From the IMG/VR virus record IMGVR_UViG_3300035670_000034, positions 32,001-96,000 of that record: DNA of 64,000 nucleotides. One strand, given 5' to 3'. Every line of letters begins with the position of its first letter. The first letter of the stretch is position 1. The DNA comes from a virus. The notes beneath the pieces were generated by a model that had not been told where the DNA came from, searched no databases, and worked only from the letters and a program-made list of their open reading frames with translations. The position numbers were made by a program, and so were the translations under genes. Below, in pieces: positions 20,901 to 29,165 of the stretch.

Positions 20901-21518
20901 ACTGACCCAAATGGAACCACCTATTACACAAAACTAAAGAAGGCTGGCGAAACAACGCAACAGGCACGCGAGAGAATGGAGACCGAGGTTCTTGCCGGAA
21001 AACTGTACGAACTTGCCGGAGTTCCGGTTGCTGACCTTCAAATGGGAACAAACAATGGCGACCCTGTCATGTTGTCCAGAATGATTCAATCAAGAATGCC
21101 ACAAGGCGCTGGTGACAATAACGCCGCTAGAGACGGTTTTGTTGTTGACGCTTGGTTGGCCAACTGGGACGCCCCACTAAATGACAACATTAAAATCGAC
21201 AACAACGGCAGGGCGGTCAGACTTGACGTTGGCGGCTCCCTCGACTACAGGGCGCAAGGCGCCAAAAAGGGGAGCGGAGGAAGCGTTTCTTTTGGAAATA
21301 GTGTAGGCGAAATGACATCTCTACAAAAAAGAGGAAATATTGACTTTACCGCAATGGATGCAAATGAACTAAAGAAGCAGGCTCAAAAATTAGGAACAGT
21401 AACAGATGACCAAATTAGAAAAACTGTATCTGCGATAGTTTCTGACCCTGCACGTGCAAAAGTTCTTGCTGATACACTCATTGCTCGCCGCGACGATATT
21501 GTGAAACGATATGGGTGA
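14898..21518 (+). CDS. Giant polyvalent protein (2206 aa): DxDGDG tag, KTSC, internal helical repeats, ART-like domain, C-terminal PI3K/HipA-like kinase
   Basis: DVDGDGMIFDGTWRE (15705); KTSC copy (15999); three ~66-aa and two ~55-aa repeats; 'PVIRGTG...YGVGEYFA...LLHNR'; 'TEVLAGKLYELAG...VDAWLANWD...RLDVGGSLDYRAQG'. Eight linker motifs. Confidence 0.8.
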   Translation: MKKYALLKNISKGINFGIVVKSENGYSFYGWSDKGIEWSKWANENNGGLKDLPVGISVSEFKSLSEEMMNKIVINTKDAVAAGSGLLKSESSMVLVESEKFPNASKFPSVTNSRILIGSTNKKTSVAYKAKHFKHSIARSEIAFKVRNNELAFNPKTKQFNAKPNRASQFAERNNIQSKMSRGAERKFGERVVKSINDQVFETEKVKLTKRDSVGVNTKEVVEFFAKGRLGYTIGRAGSAAVRGITPNRRTRGAASRVIAGVLDPRKRRDVDGDGMIFDGTWREMPDPTRFVNKPENFSGGLARRNREGAGRVVPLPSRSNDDRGGYALLSSTQGERQRPRNITQTAAAGGGDGPNPPRVATARLMRMDPKNSRLAREMTYDPQNGDFTVRYRDGRVEKFTDVPYERVRKAGFDDKPDPLITALENEQNKKPSRPMGLMSSTDKTPSSKKPKVVNRTSFVEPNKGSKSSTKMTMERAADILGDMTKNSEDRGYGAWDEAISKVFGTDRTDMTGFPRLISNIGARIDQAINSPSMSDEKNKSKLKTWTKIVNDVADSLSPNEGRFNADAISELAKFIDDVWLNRDADASAVIRAFDPDDKNSNFATAIEAVMAYSLGKLKDAKSRGLYMDGRGRKSRTGSVIDEILDSAGGANEPELARGLNKVRRGMTLNSEERSGLLESLDNIKKNNEDFDGDSRLDDLIDEVNSLGDGGDIIDDLLTAADGANERELEKNLKKVRDNRKLTPQERANLLEDLRNTQKNNDDFSGDKRLEKLINDVKKGDDRGGLASRTSGPDDDDSREDAYIESRREKEREQLQGVADDMAEDAYIEQQRESRGLSSSTSSLKPKPSNPQRNSDGSFVNVFDDFETDDLFGRLGHHNKIIKQLQKWLDGDGPFPKSLNDWYRDRDRAEKFLRESRQERLKVIKALKDRGYESPNEARKEYNRSKKKPKSDSQKPLTYLPLDALPDVLRRLKDNLDKEDKPSYRPQREDKPSYKPLINSDLLSSWDDFAEQRPAMVYRGSGQKRPSRGLASSTDTNKRGSIVNELIDSARGANEPDFEANLKKFRSGADLTDDERSSLLESLNDVKNNNADFSDDARLDDLIEQVGGKSDTEDAINAINKIRRGQMPTPEERKRALASLKLMRSPDKNLSEDERDTIMALEKQISGLKSSTEDDGADIDDAIKAIEKVNRGERLTPDEKQKALNALKLARTPDRGLSEDERIGVMDMEKRISQSALASRTTGRSTRRPVEQPLSTRMAMVTTERASRPRGLASTTGTDARTEAPKKDAKPKRRSRLIIDMVDNFGKTKKDGDGELWESMSDEQKSQAKEAIAAQRKVIEDRLKTKSFKGWWQKAEQGSDKETLRAVKKRAKGQAGGTYEGRPKDDPLNKNDVQDLLVVLDDAVAKGRIKKYKLNDDGTVKTDKDGRPIMTEAYSRAARDLDDLLTILNMEEEGDFSALEHFHTGTRAAIHKKVGTTATGKFKMGDSSIAGQAGGLSKAQSVEELSDVDLGKAKKLSIGRRLLRVNERRAARARQRALRRQGAFRKGRILTSGDPELELKRARLRARALKRTMVSKFRKSRDADGLSRDMSKAKAEVGAVTIDNDGKVTITPRYVSMLSKLGGEYNRAKNVGDDDAKRKVFDQLLADLWVNSGMSGEPTLITEDEARKLVAAGWQPVIRGTGSEEVNSESYVEQFLTNKEELRFIPGQGMRAYGVGEYFAFPGSNWSGYRGTGDQRHTILALIPPSADIVSVGELTRERDKMRDLTSRAVDATKALGGRDAAAALSPGELAEAYRKALPNLDAETSRSGQIVSQLVQRLEELDKMPASDEATKEKKEILGAFDYLQSFTRQKDVGYFAPLIGVDGIDTNDNTGTGSPFLLHNRANVAAVLRPLTSDEAEGLAKQENGGSVGNIWRNWKTRPDRSREGAAIEDRRRVLVGGKRRRLSTRRPGSDGGDSGSSAPDSPAPTPQNVTPVSKSAVNTDSWKQGRPQSVGSNPATLLTDPNGTTYYTKLKKAGETTQQARERMETEVLAGKLYELAGVPVADLQMGTNNGDPVMLSRMIQSRMPQGAGDNNAARDGFVVDAWLANWDAPLNDNIKIDNNGRAVRLDVGGSLDYRAQGAKKGSGGSVSFGNSVGEMTSLQKRGNIDFTAMDANELKKQAQKLGTVTDDQIRKTVSAIVSDPARAKVLADTLIARRDDIVKRYG

Positions 21519-21921
21519 GGAAAATATGGAAAAAAAGAGAGATTACGAGGCATATAAAGCCGCAGAAGCAAAAATGGAGAAGATGGAGCGCGAATTGCAC
21601 CAACTTATTGAGTATCCTCCCTTTTCAGAGATAGACGATGGAAGTGGCGATGAAGATTATGACGGATTGAACCCCAAATGGGGATTTCCGGACCTAACCG
21701 AAAGAGGATTGCAACTTCAGGAAGCAGTGAAAGACGCAATCAAAGGAATGAATGAGGAAACCGCTGGCGTCGACTACTACGACGTTGACCCTTCGGTTAT
21801 GGCAAAGTGTTTTACTAAAGTTTTTGATGAATTCAAAGATGATATTGAGGAGGCTCGCTTGTATGCAAAGCGACACCCGGGGAATAACATTCCCGCCCTC
21901 AAGGCTTACAAAATGAAGTAG
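21511..21921 (+). CDS. Acidic hypothetical protein
   Basis: 136-aa ORF filling the gap between two giant genes (alternative ATG at 21526). Confidence 0.7.
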   Translation: MGEENMEKKRDYEAYKAAEAKMEKMERELHQLIEYPPFSEIDDGSGDEDYDGLNPKWGFPDLTERGLQLQEAVKDAIKGMNEETAGVDYYDVDPSVMAKCFTKVFDEFKDDIEEARLYAKRHPGNNIPALKAYKMK

Positions 21922-21922
21922 G

Positions 21923-24556
21923 TTGCCCATGGCGGCAGAAGAAGATACGAACTCAAAGGTTTTTGCACTTCGTGCTGCTCAATGGATTGGGTGTTCTGGG
22001 GCACACAAAAAAGACGGCAAATGGATGCCGTGCGAAACACACGAAGAACTTGAAAGAATTTCCAATGAAGCGGAACCCCAAAAAAAGACAGGTTTTGAAG
22101 CCCTCACCGAAAATTATACAAAGCGCAAGGCAAAGGGTAAAAAGAAAAGAAATCGCGGTTGGGAAAAACTAAAAGAAAGAAAACCGCTTGGTTTTGCGAC
22201 GCTTGAGGGTGGGGGAATAGTTTCTGCCCCAATCGTTGCCTTTCCAAACGTAACCCTTGGCAACAAGTCCTATATTCCCGGAGTATCTCCAAGAGATAAC
22301 GACCCAGACGTATTTACTGACATTGAGTCGGCGCGCAAACGCTCAAGAATGCTTGGCTGCATCGGCGTACGAAGAATGCCATCGTCAACTGGTCGAACTA
22401 TATGGATGCCATGCACAAACAATTCTGATTATTCACGTCTTGCCGGAACAACGTTTCTTGGAAGAAGAAATCAACGAGAAGCACAACGGAGAATGATTAG
22501 AACAATATTGCGTCGCGAAATGGCAAATAACAACAGACGGAACAAAATTAGAAAGAAATCATTATTTGATGAATTAAACGAAACAAAAGGAATTGGTAGG
22601 GCGATAGGTAGAGCCGCTTCTGGAAACTCATTGAGCAGAAGATTAAGGCGCTCAGTTGAAAAAATTGAAGGAGTTTTAAATCCACTCGAACGCCGAGATA
22701 TGGATGGGGATGGCTTTATTTTTGACGGCACATGGCGGGAAATGAGGGCGCCAAGATTGGCCAGTTCAACCGGGGAGCGACCAGAAATGGAAAAGCCTTC
22801 ATGGGTTTCACCAACCGACAATAGATGGATGAAACCTGCAAAAATCGGAAAAGGTGGACCATTGAAAGCAAGTGAACTGCTTAACTACGACAGATTGAGA
22901 ATTAGAAAAAACAGAGACGAACAGGCTCGAGTCCTCGGAGTGACCAGAGACGTCATAGACGCAATGCACGAGCCGGATGCATCAATAGATGCGTTCGATG
23001 CCGACAGGTTGACAATGTCCGCACTTGGCCTTCACCCAGCGTTGATTTGGGGAGAATCATGGCTTGATGCCGACAAACAACCAAAACCCGAAAAACCTAT
23101 TCGAATAGCAAAAAGAACTGGAAAGCCAGACCAACGCTCTGTTGTGAACGCAAAACGCCGCGACCTAAACGATAGGGACAGGCAAGTTCTTGAGATGCGA
23201 AGAAATGGTAAAACGCAACAAGAGATAGCGGACGAAATTGGAGTAAGCAAGGAGCGGGCAAGACAAATACTTAATGCCGCCATAAAAAGAAACGAAGATG
23301 AAATCGATAAAAATGATGGTCTTGCGTCATCGACTAGTTCCGACCCAATTAACAGACCTGGTCAAATCCCAAGGGATTCGCGCGGAAACATTCTAAAACA
23401 AGGTGATAGAAGAAAAGAAACTCTTGATAAAACCATTGAAAAACTCAAATCAATTGGATTTACCCAGGAAGAAATAAATTTGTTAATGACTGGAGATGCA
23501 GGAACTCCAGTTGACACGGCAACGAGAGATGTTGATATCGCTGCGGCAAAAAGAGGTTCTTTGGCCAGCAGGACAACTGGCCTTGCGTCAATGACATTGT
23601 CCGAAATGGCGCGCACAAACTCATCCGAATGGGCCCAAAATCAAAAAACCCACATAGTCGACTGGGCAAATTCGCGCCCATCATTCAACGTTCCATACTC
23701 TCTTGCTCAGCAATACAAGAGAGACGGTGACCTGAAAGATTCCGAATGGAAAAGATTGCTTAGGTTCTACACGCAGTATGGCCCGGAAAACAGGGGTTTG
23801 CGCTCAACAACTGAAGCAAATCCATTTGAAAATGTCGGCGCAAAAAGAATGGCAAAAATTATTCTTGACAGAGTAAGACAGGATAAGAGAAACAAAAAAC
23901 CAGGTGAAAGAACCCACTATCACGTTGTCGGACCGGGCGCTGTTGGCAAAACAACATTAAGAAAGTATCTAGTTGAACAAGGAATAATCCCCGGGGATAG
24001 CGAGTCAGCCCATGTTGACCCAGACTTCATAAAGCAGGGAATTGAGGGGTACAACGGCGGCGCTGGTTCAATGGCAGTTCATAGAGAATCCGCATATTCC
24101 GCCACAAGAACTGTTAACAATGCCGCAAATGAAGGGATGGACATCGTCACTGAAGGGACCGGATACAGATTATTTGAGTACAAAACAACAAGCGACCCCG
24201 CCTACAAAAAGGTCCTACATATCCCCTATCTCTCATTTGACGAAGCAGAAAAAAGACTCAGAAAACGGAATGCAGAAGGTAAGCGGCAACTTCCCGAAAG
24301 CCAAATAAGAATAAAGGGTCAGCAATTTTATGGATGGCTTGCCGACCACATCCAAAGGGGCGAAGTTCAAGATATGTATATCTGGGATATGGATGTACCC
24401 AAAGGTGCTGCGCCAAGAGTCATCGCAAAAATAGAAAATGGTGTGTTTAGAGCAATAGACGAGCCGGCATTTAAGAAGTGGTCAGAACAATCTGGCGGGC
24501 ACAGGGGTGGCGACGCAAACCTCGCATGGTTCAAGAGACGTTTTCCAGAAAAATAA
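21923..24556 (+). CDS. Polyvalent protein (877 aa): two 'GCxG...WMPC' repeats, DxDGDG tag, XRE-like HTH, sigma70-region-4-like HTH, C-terminal zeta-toxin/AAA_33-like P-loop kinase
   Basis: GCSGAH..WMPC and GCIGVR..WMPC; DMDGDGFIFDGTWRE (22697); LNDRDRQVLEMRRNGKTQQEIADEIGVSKERARQI; VVGPGAVGKTT...VDPDFIK...DIVTEGT. Five linkers. Likely ATG at 21929. Confidence 0.75.
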   Translation: MPMAAEEDTNSKVFALRAAQWIGCSGAHKKDGKWMPCETHEELERISNEAEPQKKTGFEALTENYTKRKAKGKKKRNRGWEKLKERKPLGFATLEGGGIVSAPIVAFPNVTLGNKSYIPGVSPRDNDPDVFTDIESARKRSRMLGCIGVRRMPSSTGRTIWMPCTNNSDYSRLAGTTFLGRRNQREAQRRMIRTILRREMANNNRRNKIRKKSLFDELNETKGIGRAIGRAASGNSLSRRLRRSVEKIEGVLNPLERRDMDGDGFIFDGTWREMRAPRLASSTGERPEMEKPSWVSPTDNRWMKPAKIGKGGPLKASELLNYDRLRIRKNRDEQARVLGVTRDVIDAMHEPDASIDAFDADRLTMSALGLHPALIWGESWLDADKQPKPEKPIRIAKRTGKPDQRSVVNAKRRDLNDRDRQVLEMRRNGKTQQEIADEIGVSKERARQILNAAIKRNEDEIDKNDGLASSTSSDPINRPGQIPRDSRGNILKQGDRRKETLDKTIEKLKSIGFTQEEINLLMTGDAGTPVDTATRDVDIAAAKRGSLASRTTGLASMTLSEMARTNSSEWAQNQKTHIVDWANSRPSFNVPYSLAQQYKRDGDLKDSEWKRLLRFYTQYGPENRGLRSTTEANPFENVGAKRMAKIILDRVRQDKRNKKPGERTHYHVVGPGAVGKTTLRKYLVEQGIIPGDSESAHVDPDFIKQGIEGYNGGAGSMAVHRESAYSATRTVNNAANEGMDIVTEGTGYRLFEYKTTSDPAYKKVLHIPYLSFDEAEKRLRKRNAEGKRQLPESQIRIKGQQFYGWLADHIQRGEVQDMYIWDMDVPKGAAPRVIAKIENGVFRAIDEPAFKKWSEQSGGHRGGDANLAWFKRRFPEK

Positions 24557-24703
24557 GACGTCTATTTACATACATTCGTTTGCCAAGTTTTATTGGTAGT
24601 TCCACTACAGAAACAATATTTTCTGTATCTTAGATACCTAAGGGCTGGGTGCTTACCTGAGCCAAGCAACAAGTCCATAACTCACAAGAAAGTAAAAATC
24701 AAC

Positions 24704-26023
24704 ATGTCTACAGAAGACACCAACAGATTGAGCGAACTGCAAGGCGCACTTCGCTCGAAGATGGCGGAGAATAAGGCAATTGCCGATTCGTTCCGCGTCG
24801 AGGAAGGCGTTGTCGTCGTTTCGACTGCGCAGAAGACCGCGTTCGACAAGAACATGGCCGACATTCGCGAAATCAAGTCGCTCATCAGCGGCCTTGAGGC
24901 AATGAGTGAAGTCGAGTCGTGGGGTGGCGCACAGGCCAAGGAGTCGGTTGCTCAAGCAGCCGCCGCACAGGCTCAGACGTTCAACCAAGCGGAAACCCGC
25001 AGCATCGGTGAGGCGTTCCTTGCCTCAGCCGAGTTCAAGTCGTTGGCCAATGGCCGCAACGGCGCGAACATGGCTGCTCCGTTCCAGTACAACGGTGGCA
25101 TTCAGGTCAAGGACGTGTACACCACGCTCCCGACCGGCAACTTGGGCAACAACGCCAACGCAGTGTTCGGCACCGTGCAGCGTGACCCGATGATTGTTCC
25201 GCCGAAGCGCACCAAGAGAGTCCGTGACCTCTTCCCAGCGCGTTCGACGTCCTCGACCGTCATCGAGTACTTCCGCATGACCGGCTTCACCAACAACGCC
25301 GCAGCAGTTGCTGAGCGTGTTGGCAACCAGTTCGGCATCAAGCCACAGTCGAGCATGTCGTTCGAAGGTGCGCAAACGTCCGTCAAGACGCTTGCACACT
25401 GGGAGGCGGCGCACCGCAACGTTCTGGCCGACGAGCCACAGTTGCGCGGCATCATCGACAACGAACTGATGTACGGCTTGCGTCTGCAGGAAGATGCTCA
25501 GATTCTTCTGGGTGACGGCACTGGTGAGAACCTGCTCGGCATCCTCAAGACCCCTGGCATCCAGACCTACAACTGGTCGTCGGGCGCAACCGATGCGCAG
25601 AACAACAAGAAGGACTCGCGTGCGGATGCAATTCGTCGCGCGTTGACCCTCTCGATGCTCGCCTACTACGAGCCATCTGGCGTTGTTCTTCACCCGAATG
25701 ACTGGGAGCAGATTGAACTGACCAAGGATGCAAACGGCCAGTACCTCATCGCAACTTCGGTTGCGCTGGGTGGCGAGCCGCGCGTCTGGCGCACGCCGCT
25801 TATTGAGAGCGTCGCAATGCCAGAGGGCACTGCCCTTGTCGGTTCGTTCGGCCAAGGCGCGCAGTTGTACGACCGCGAGCAGGCCAGCATCCGAGTCAGC
25901 GAGCAGCACGCGGACTTCTTCATCCGCAACGCCATTGTGATTCTTGCCGAACAGCGCCTTGCGCTGGCCGTCAAGCGTCCAGAGTCGTTCGTGCGTGTCT
26001 CGTTCGACCAGGCCCCTGCCTGA
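24704..26023 (+). CDS. Major capsid protein, HK97 fold
   Basis: N-terminal coiled-coil delta-like region; 'FEGAQTSVKTLAHW...LADEPQLRGIIDNELMYGLRLQEDAQILLGDGTGENLLGIL'; C-terminal 'FIRNAIVILAEQRLALAVKRPESFV'. Strongly C/G-ending codons. ATG at 24704 preferred over 24593. Confidence 0.93.
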   Translation: MSTEDTNRLSELQGALRSKMAENKAIADSFRVEEGVVVVSTAQKTAFDKNMADIREIKSLISGLEAMSEVESWGGAQAKESVAQAAAAQAQTFNQAETRSIGEAFLASAEFKSLANGRNGANMAAPFQYNGGIQVKDVYTTLPTGNLGNNANAVFGTVQRDPMIVPPKRTKRVRDLFPARSTSSTVIEYFRMTGFTNNAAAVAERVGNQFGIKPQSSMSFEGAQTSVKTLAHWEAAHRNVLADEPQLRGIIDNELMYGLRLQEDAQILLGDGTGENLLGILKTPGIQTYNWSSGATDAQNNKKDSRADAIRRALTLSMLAYYEPSGVVLHPNDWEQIELTKDANGQYLIATSVALGGEPRVWRTPLIESVAMPEGTALVGSFGQGAQLYDREQASIRVSEQHADFFIRNAIVILAEQRLALAVKRPESFVRVSFDQAPA

Positions 26024-26044
26024 TAGGACAGCCAATTAAGTAGC

Positions 26045-26094
26045 GCCCCCGCTACCCGCCGTGAAACATACGGCGGGGGCGGGGGTTCTGCTTT
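26045..26094 (+). terminator. GC-rich hairpin after the capsid gene, probable intrinsic terminator
   Basis: CCCCCGC-TA-CCCGCCGT GAAACAT ACGGCGGG-GGCGGGGG followed by TTCTGCTTT. Confidence 0.7.
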
Positions 26095-26100
26095 ATACTG

Positions 26101-26334
26101 ATGACTATGCAGATGCCATCGTTTACACAAGAAGAGCGAAACGCGATGCGAGAGAGTTTTCTTGAGGTGAACCCAGAACAACTACGCAAAGCGAAACTGG
26201 TGGCGTCACTCCTCGCTGACGAGGAAGAAAACCCAGAAGATGCGCGACTTGCCCTAATGTTTTATTTCTCGCTGGACGAAAATAAGGACGAATTAGAGTC
26301 CATAATGGGCGAACTTATGCTTGATGGGGAGTAA
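26101..26334 (+). CDS. Small acidic hypothetical protein
   Basis: 77-aa ORF directly after the terminator. Confidence 0.55.
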   Translation: MTMQMPSFTQEERNAMRESFLEVNPEQLRKAKLVASLLADEEENPEDARLALMFYFSLDENKDELESIMGELMLDGE

Positions 26335-26353
26335 CCCGAAGGTATTATTGTTT

Positions 26354-26491
26354 ATGGCCAAAAATAACGATTTCAAGAGCGAATTTGGCCGTTTTGCGCT
26401 TAATACAAAAGCAAAACCGGAAAGTTTTGAAAAGTGGATGGTCGCAATGTACGGCATGACACCCAAATCATCAAAAAAGAAAAGGCGTTAA
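26354..26491 (+). CDS. 45-aa basic ORF (below the ORF-track cutoff)
   Basis: MAKNNDFKSEFGRFALNTKAKPESFEKWMVAMYGMTPKSSKKKRR*. The stop lies 2 nt before the next ATG (26494). Confidence 0.5.
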   Translation: MAKNNDFKSEFGRFALNTKAKPESFEKWMVAMYGMTPKSSKKKRR

Positions 26492-26493
26492 AG

Positions 26494-26913
26494 ATGCAAC
26501 TTCACGGGATGAGCCCAAAGGAAACACAGAGACTCGTCAATTGGTATTGGGGAAACATTCCTAAGGATGCATGGGCCATTATCGCAGCGTGGGATGACAA
26601 AGCGCGCGATGCGGCCCGTGAAATAACCGAAAGCATTAAGGACTTTTCCGACAAGGACAAGAAGGCGCAATTTGCGGACAAATGGAATGATTGGCTAAAG
26701 GAGAATCCGCCACCAAATGAAGTTGATGACATCAATAGGTATCAACTCAGCCAGGGGAAAAAGCCGGTGAACTGGGAAGAAGTAGCCAAATGGGATTTGC
26801 CAAAACTTGACGATATTGAAAAGTACAAAGATTTTGATTTTTCAAAAATTATGGACCCCAAGGTGTATGAGTATTACAAGAAACTCGAGGAGGATGACGA
26901 CGATGACAAATGA
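26494..26913 (+). CDS. Hypothetical protein
   Basis: ATG at 26494 is in the 26434 frame; Trp-rich; overlaps the next start. Confidence 0.65.
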   Translation: MQLHGMSPKETQRLVNWYWGNIPKDAWAIIAAWDDKARDAAREITESIKDFSDKDKKAQFADKWNDWLKENPPPNEVDDINRYQLSQGKKPVNWEEVAKWDLPKLDDIEKYKDFDFSKIMDPKVYEYYKKLEEDDDDDK

Positions 26914-27808
26914 GGAGCCAACGACACTTGAGGAAATGGTCAAAAGGTATGGTCGTGCTGTCGTTGTTGTAGACGAGCAGTCAGACGGACTTAAGGTCAT
27001 GGGTGCTGCTAGGGCGCACAGTGTTGACATGGATGGAAAACCCAAGAAGGGCACCAAACGCCCAGCGGGTGACGGATTCATCCCGGAAGACGACGATGAG
27101 GAATATTACATGCACGGCATGGAACTTGACGACAATCAAAGAAAAGTCTTGTCGTACATATCCGATATGGATGAAGTTGAATTCGATTCCACGTTTCCGG
27201 AAGACAAAGACGAGGAATCTGCAGAAGAGGTAAAAGTATTTTTTGATACGGCATTTGCCTTTGTTAGAAGAGCACTCACAAATCGTAGAAAAAAGCGCCG
27301 TCGACTAAAAATAAAAGACGGGGAGCAAGACGACATAGAGCAAAAGGCGTCTCCATGTTGGGATGGATACATTCAGGTCGGCATGAAAGCCGGCAAGAAT
27401 GGGAAAATGGTACCAAACTGTGTTCCAGAGGGTCAAGAAAAGTCTTTTTTTGCCGATGACATTGAGCAAAAAGCCGCAAAGAAGCCACTGAAAGACCCAA
27501 AGGGTGGATTGACTGCTGCGGGTAGGGCGCATTTCAAGAGAAAGGAAGGTGCGAATCTAAAACCCGGAGTTAAGGGCGCTGCAAATACGCCAGAAAAGAT
27601 GAGACGCAAGGGTTCTTTCCTAACCAGATTTTTCACCAATCCCTCAGGACCGATGCAGGATGATAAGGGGAGGCCGACAAGGCTCGCACTATCTGCTGCC
27701 GCGTGGGGTGAGCCCGTACCAAAGAACGCACAAGACGCCGCAGCACTGGCCGCAAAGGGCAGAAGAATGCTGGAGCGATACGAAAATACAAAGAAAAAGA
27801 AGAAATGA
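26903..27808 (+). CDS. Head-region protein with 'PCWxGYxQxGMK...VPNCVP' motif and 'DPKGGLTAAGR...RRKGSF...TRLALSAAAWG' (DUF6321-like) module
   Basis: Both modules are recurrent small phage-head domains as I recall them. Each is preceded by DIEQKA. Start ATG at 26903. Confidence 0.65.
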   Translation: MTNEEPTTLEEMVKRYGRAVVVVDEQSDGLKVMGAARAHSVDMDGKPKKGTKRPAGDGFIPEDDDEEYYMHGMELDDNQRKVLSYISDMDEVEFDSTFPEDKDEESAEEVKVFFDTAFAFVRRALTNRRKKRRRLKIKDGEQDDIEQKASPCWDGYIQVGMKAGKNGKMVPNCVPEGQEKSFFADDIEQKAAKKPLKDPKGGLTAAGRAHFKRKEGANLKPGVKGAANTPEKMRRKGSFLTRFFTNPSGPMQDDKGRPTRLALSAAAWGEPVPKNAQDAAALAAKGRRMLERYENTKKKKK

Positions 27809-28206
27809 ATCGCTTCTGGTACGGTGCTCGAGTTCTCAACGTAGTTGATGGTGACACCGTCGACTTGATGATTGACCTTGGGTTTAATATTCACCACAAG
27901 ATTCGCGTTCGTTTGTTTGGCGTAAATACCCCCGAATCGAGAACAAAAGATTTGGCAGAAAAGCAAATGGGCCTAAAAGCAAAATCGTTTACCAAGGACT
28001 GGCTTGACCGTCACCAGTGGGTTTTTATTAATACAATTCCAGATAAAAACGATAAATACGGAAGAATACTTGCGAAAATTTATTCTTCAGAAAACGTTGA
28101 AGACCCAATTACTGCATGTCTAAACACTGACATAATCGAAGCAGGATATGCGCGAGAGTATTTTGGCGTCGGCGATAAGACCTGGACAGAATTTAAAAAA
28201 GCATAA
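27805..28206 (+). CDS. Staphylococcal-nuclease (thermonuclease)-like protein
   Basis: VVDGDTVD...RVRLFGVNTPE...DKYGRILA are the hallmark SNase motifs. Confidence 0.85.
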   Translation: MNRFWYGARVLNVVDGDTVDLMIDLGFNIHHKIRVRLFGVNTPESRTKDLAEKQMGLKAKSFTKDWLDRHQWVFINTIPDKNDKYGRILAKIYSSENVEDPITACLNTDIIEAGYAREYFGVGDKTWTEFKKA

Positions 28207-28371
28207 TTCAACACTGTCAACAAAATTTATTAAATAAAAAAACGAGCACTTTTCCCTAGGTTTTATTGATTTTTTTTAATGTGTAGAGATGTTGCAATAA
28301 AAAGTTGCAACACGACCAATGTTGTTGTGTTACTGTTGTAGTCAACAACAATTCCATAGGAGGAATTCATC

Positions 28372-28881
28372 ATGGCAAGTCAGCCAACTGCATATCCATA
28401 TCCATCAGTAGTCACCGCCCAAATCGAGGGCACGCTTACGACCGACTCGTCGGTCAAGTTCGTGATGCCGTTCAAGGGTCGCGTCGCAGGTGGCCATGCC
28501 GCCGTCACGACTGCCCCAGCAGGTTCGGCTCTTACGTTCGACCTGAAGAAGGGTTCGACCGTCATGGGTGCGTTCTCGATTGCCGCTGGTGCATCGACGG
28601 ACGAAATTGCAATGTCGTCCACTGAGGCCTACACGACGTTTGCCGCTGGTGAAGTCCTCGAAATCGACGTCACCGCTATTGGTTCTGGCACTGCTGGCGC
28701 AGGCCTCGTGGTCACCCTGGTCGTTGACCAGTACAACCTCGACGGCGCAGGCACCAACGAGTACGCACTCACCTTCCGCCGTGGCGGACACGATGGTGGC
28801 GTTCTCACCGCAGCCAACACCAACACCTACCAGGAGAATGGCACCACGACTGCTGGCGCCGCGACCCCGAAGACTGTCTGA
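28372..28881 (+). CDS. Probable capsid decoration or other abundant structural protein
   Basis: SD GGAGG. Same high-GC codon style as the capsid gene. Ala/Gly/Thr-rich beta-type sequence 'AAGEVLEIDVTAIGSGTAGAGLVVTL'. Followed by a terminator. Confidence 0.6.
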   Translation: MASQPTAYPYPSVVTAQIEGTLTTDSSVKFVMPFKGRVAGGHAAVTTAPAGSALTFDLKKGSTVMGAFSIAAGASTDEIAMSSTEAYTTFAAGEVLEIDVTAIGSGTAGAGLVVTLVVDQYNLDGAGTNEYALTFRRGGHDGGVLTAANTNTYQENGTTTAGAATPKTV

Positions 28882-28920
28882 TTACAGACAAATAGTTCGC
28901 CCTACTACCTTAGGACGCTC

Positions 28921-28956
28921 AAGGCCCGTTGCCGAAAGGCACGGGCCTTGTGTTTT
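28921..28956 (+). terminator. Intrinsic terminator
   Basis: AAGGCCCGT-TGCC GAAA GGC-ACGGGCCTT stem with a GAAA loop, then GTGTTTT. Confidence 0.8.
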
Positions 28957-28967
28957 ATAATAGTAAG

Positions 28968-29165
28968 GTGAAGAGGGTAATTTTCGCATCTGTTTTTGTC
29001 ATTCTGTCCGCCTCCTGCGGATATGACGGCTACTACAGATACGAGTGTCAAGACCCTGAAAATTGGGAAGAAGATTACTGCAACCCCCCAATCTGCCTAG
29101 TTGACAATATGTGCACGGAAACACTTTTGGGTTTTGACCCAAGAGAGGAAACAATAGACCCATGA
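28968..29165 (+). CDS. Small Cys-rich lipoprotein
   Basis: GTG start; MKRVIFASVFVILSAS-C lipobox; CQDPENW...CNPPIC...C. Confidence 0.6.
   Translation: MKRVIFASVFVILSASCGYDGYYRYECQDPENWEEDYCNPPICLVDNMCTETLLGFDPREETIDP

Noticed and set aside
1115-24630. Shared ACAGAAA.AAT element upstream of 1227 and the capsid gene as a late promoter
   Set aside because: Only two loose copies in AT-rich DNA; not enough to support.
24593-24703. Longer N-terminus for the capsid protein
   Set aside because: This segment is AT-rich with inverted repeats and lacks the capsid codon bias, which starts at ATG 24704.
25025-26035. 336-aa antisense ORF over the capsid gene, and similar antisense ORFs over 28372-28881 and the giant genes
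   Set aside because: These are shadow ORFs expected from strongly biased codon usage on the opposite strand.
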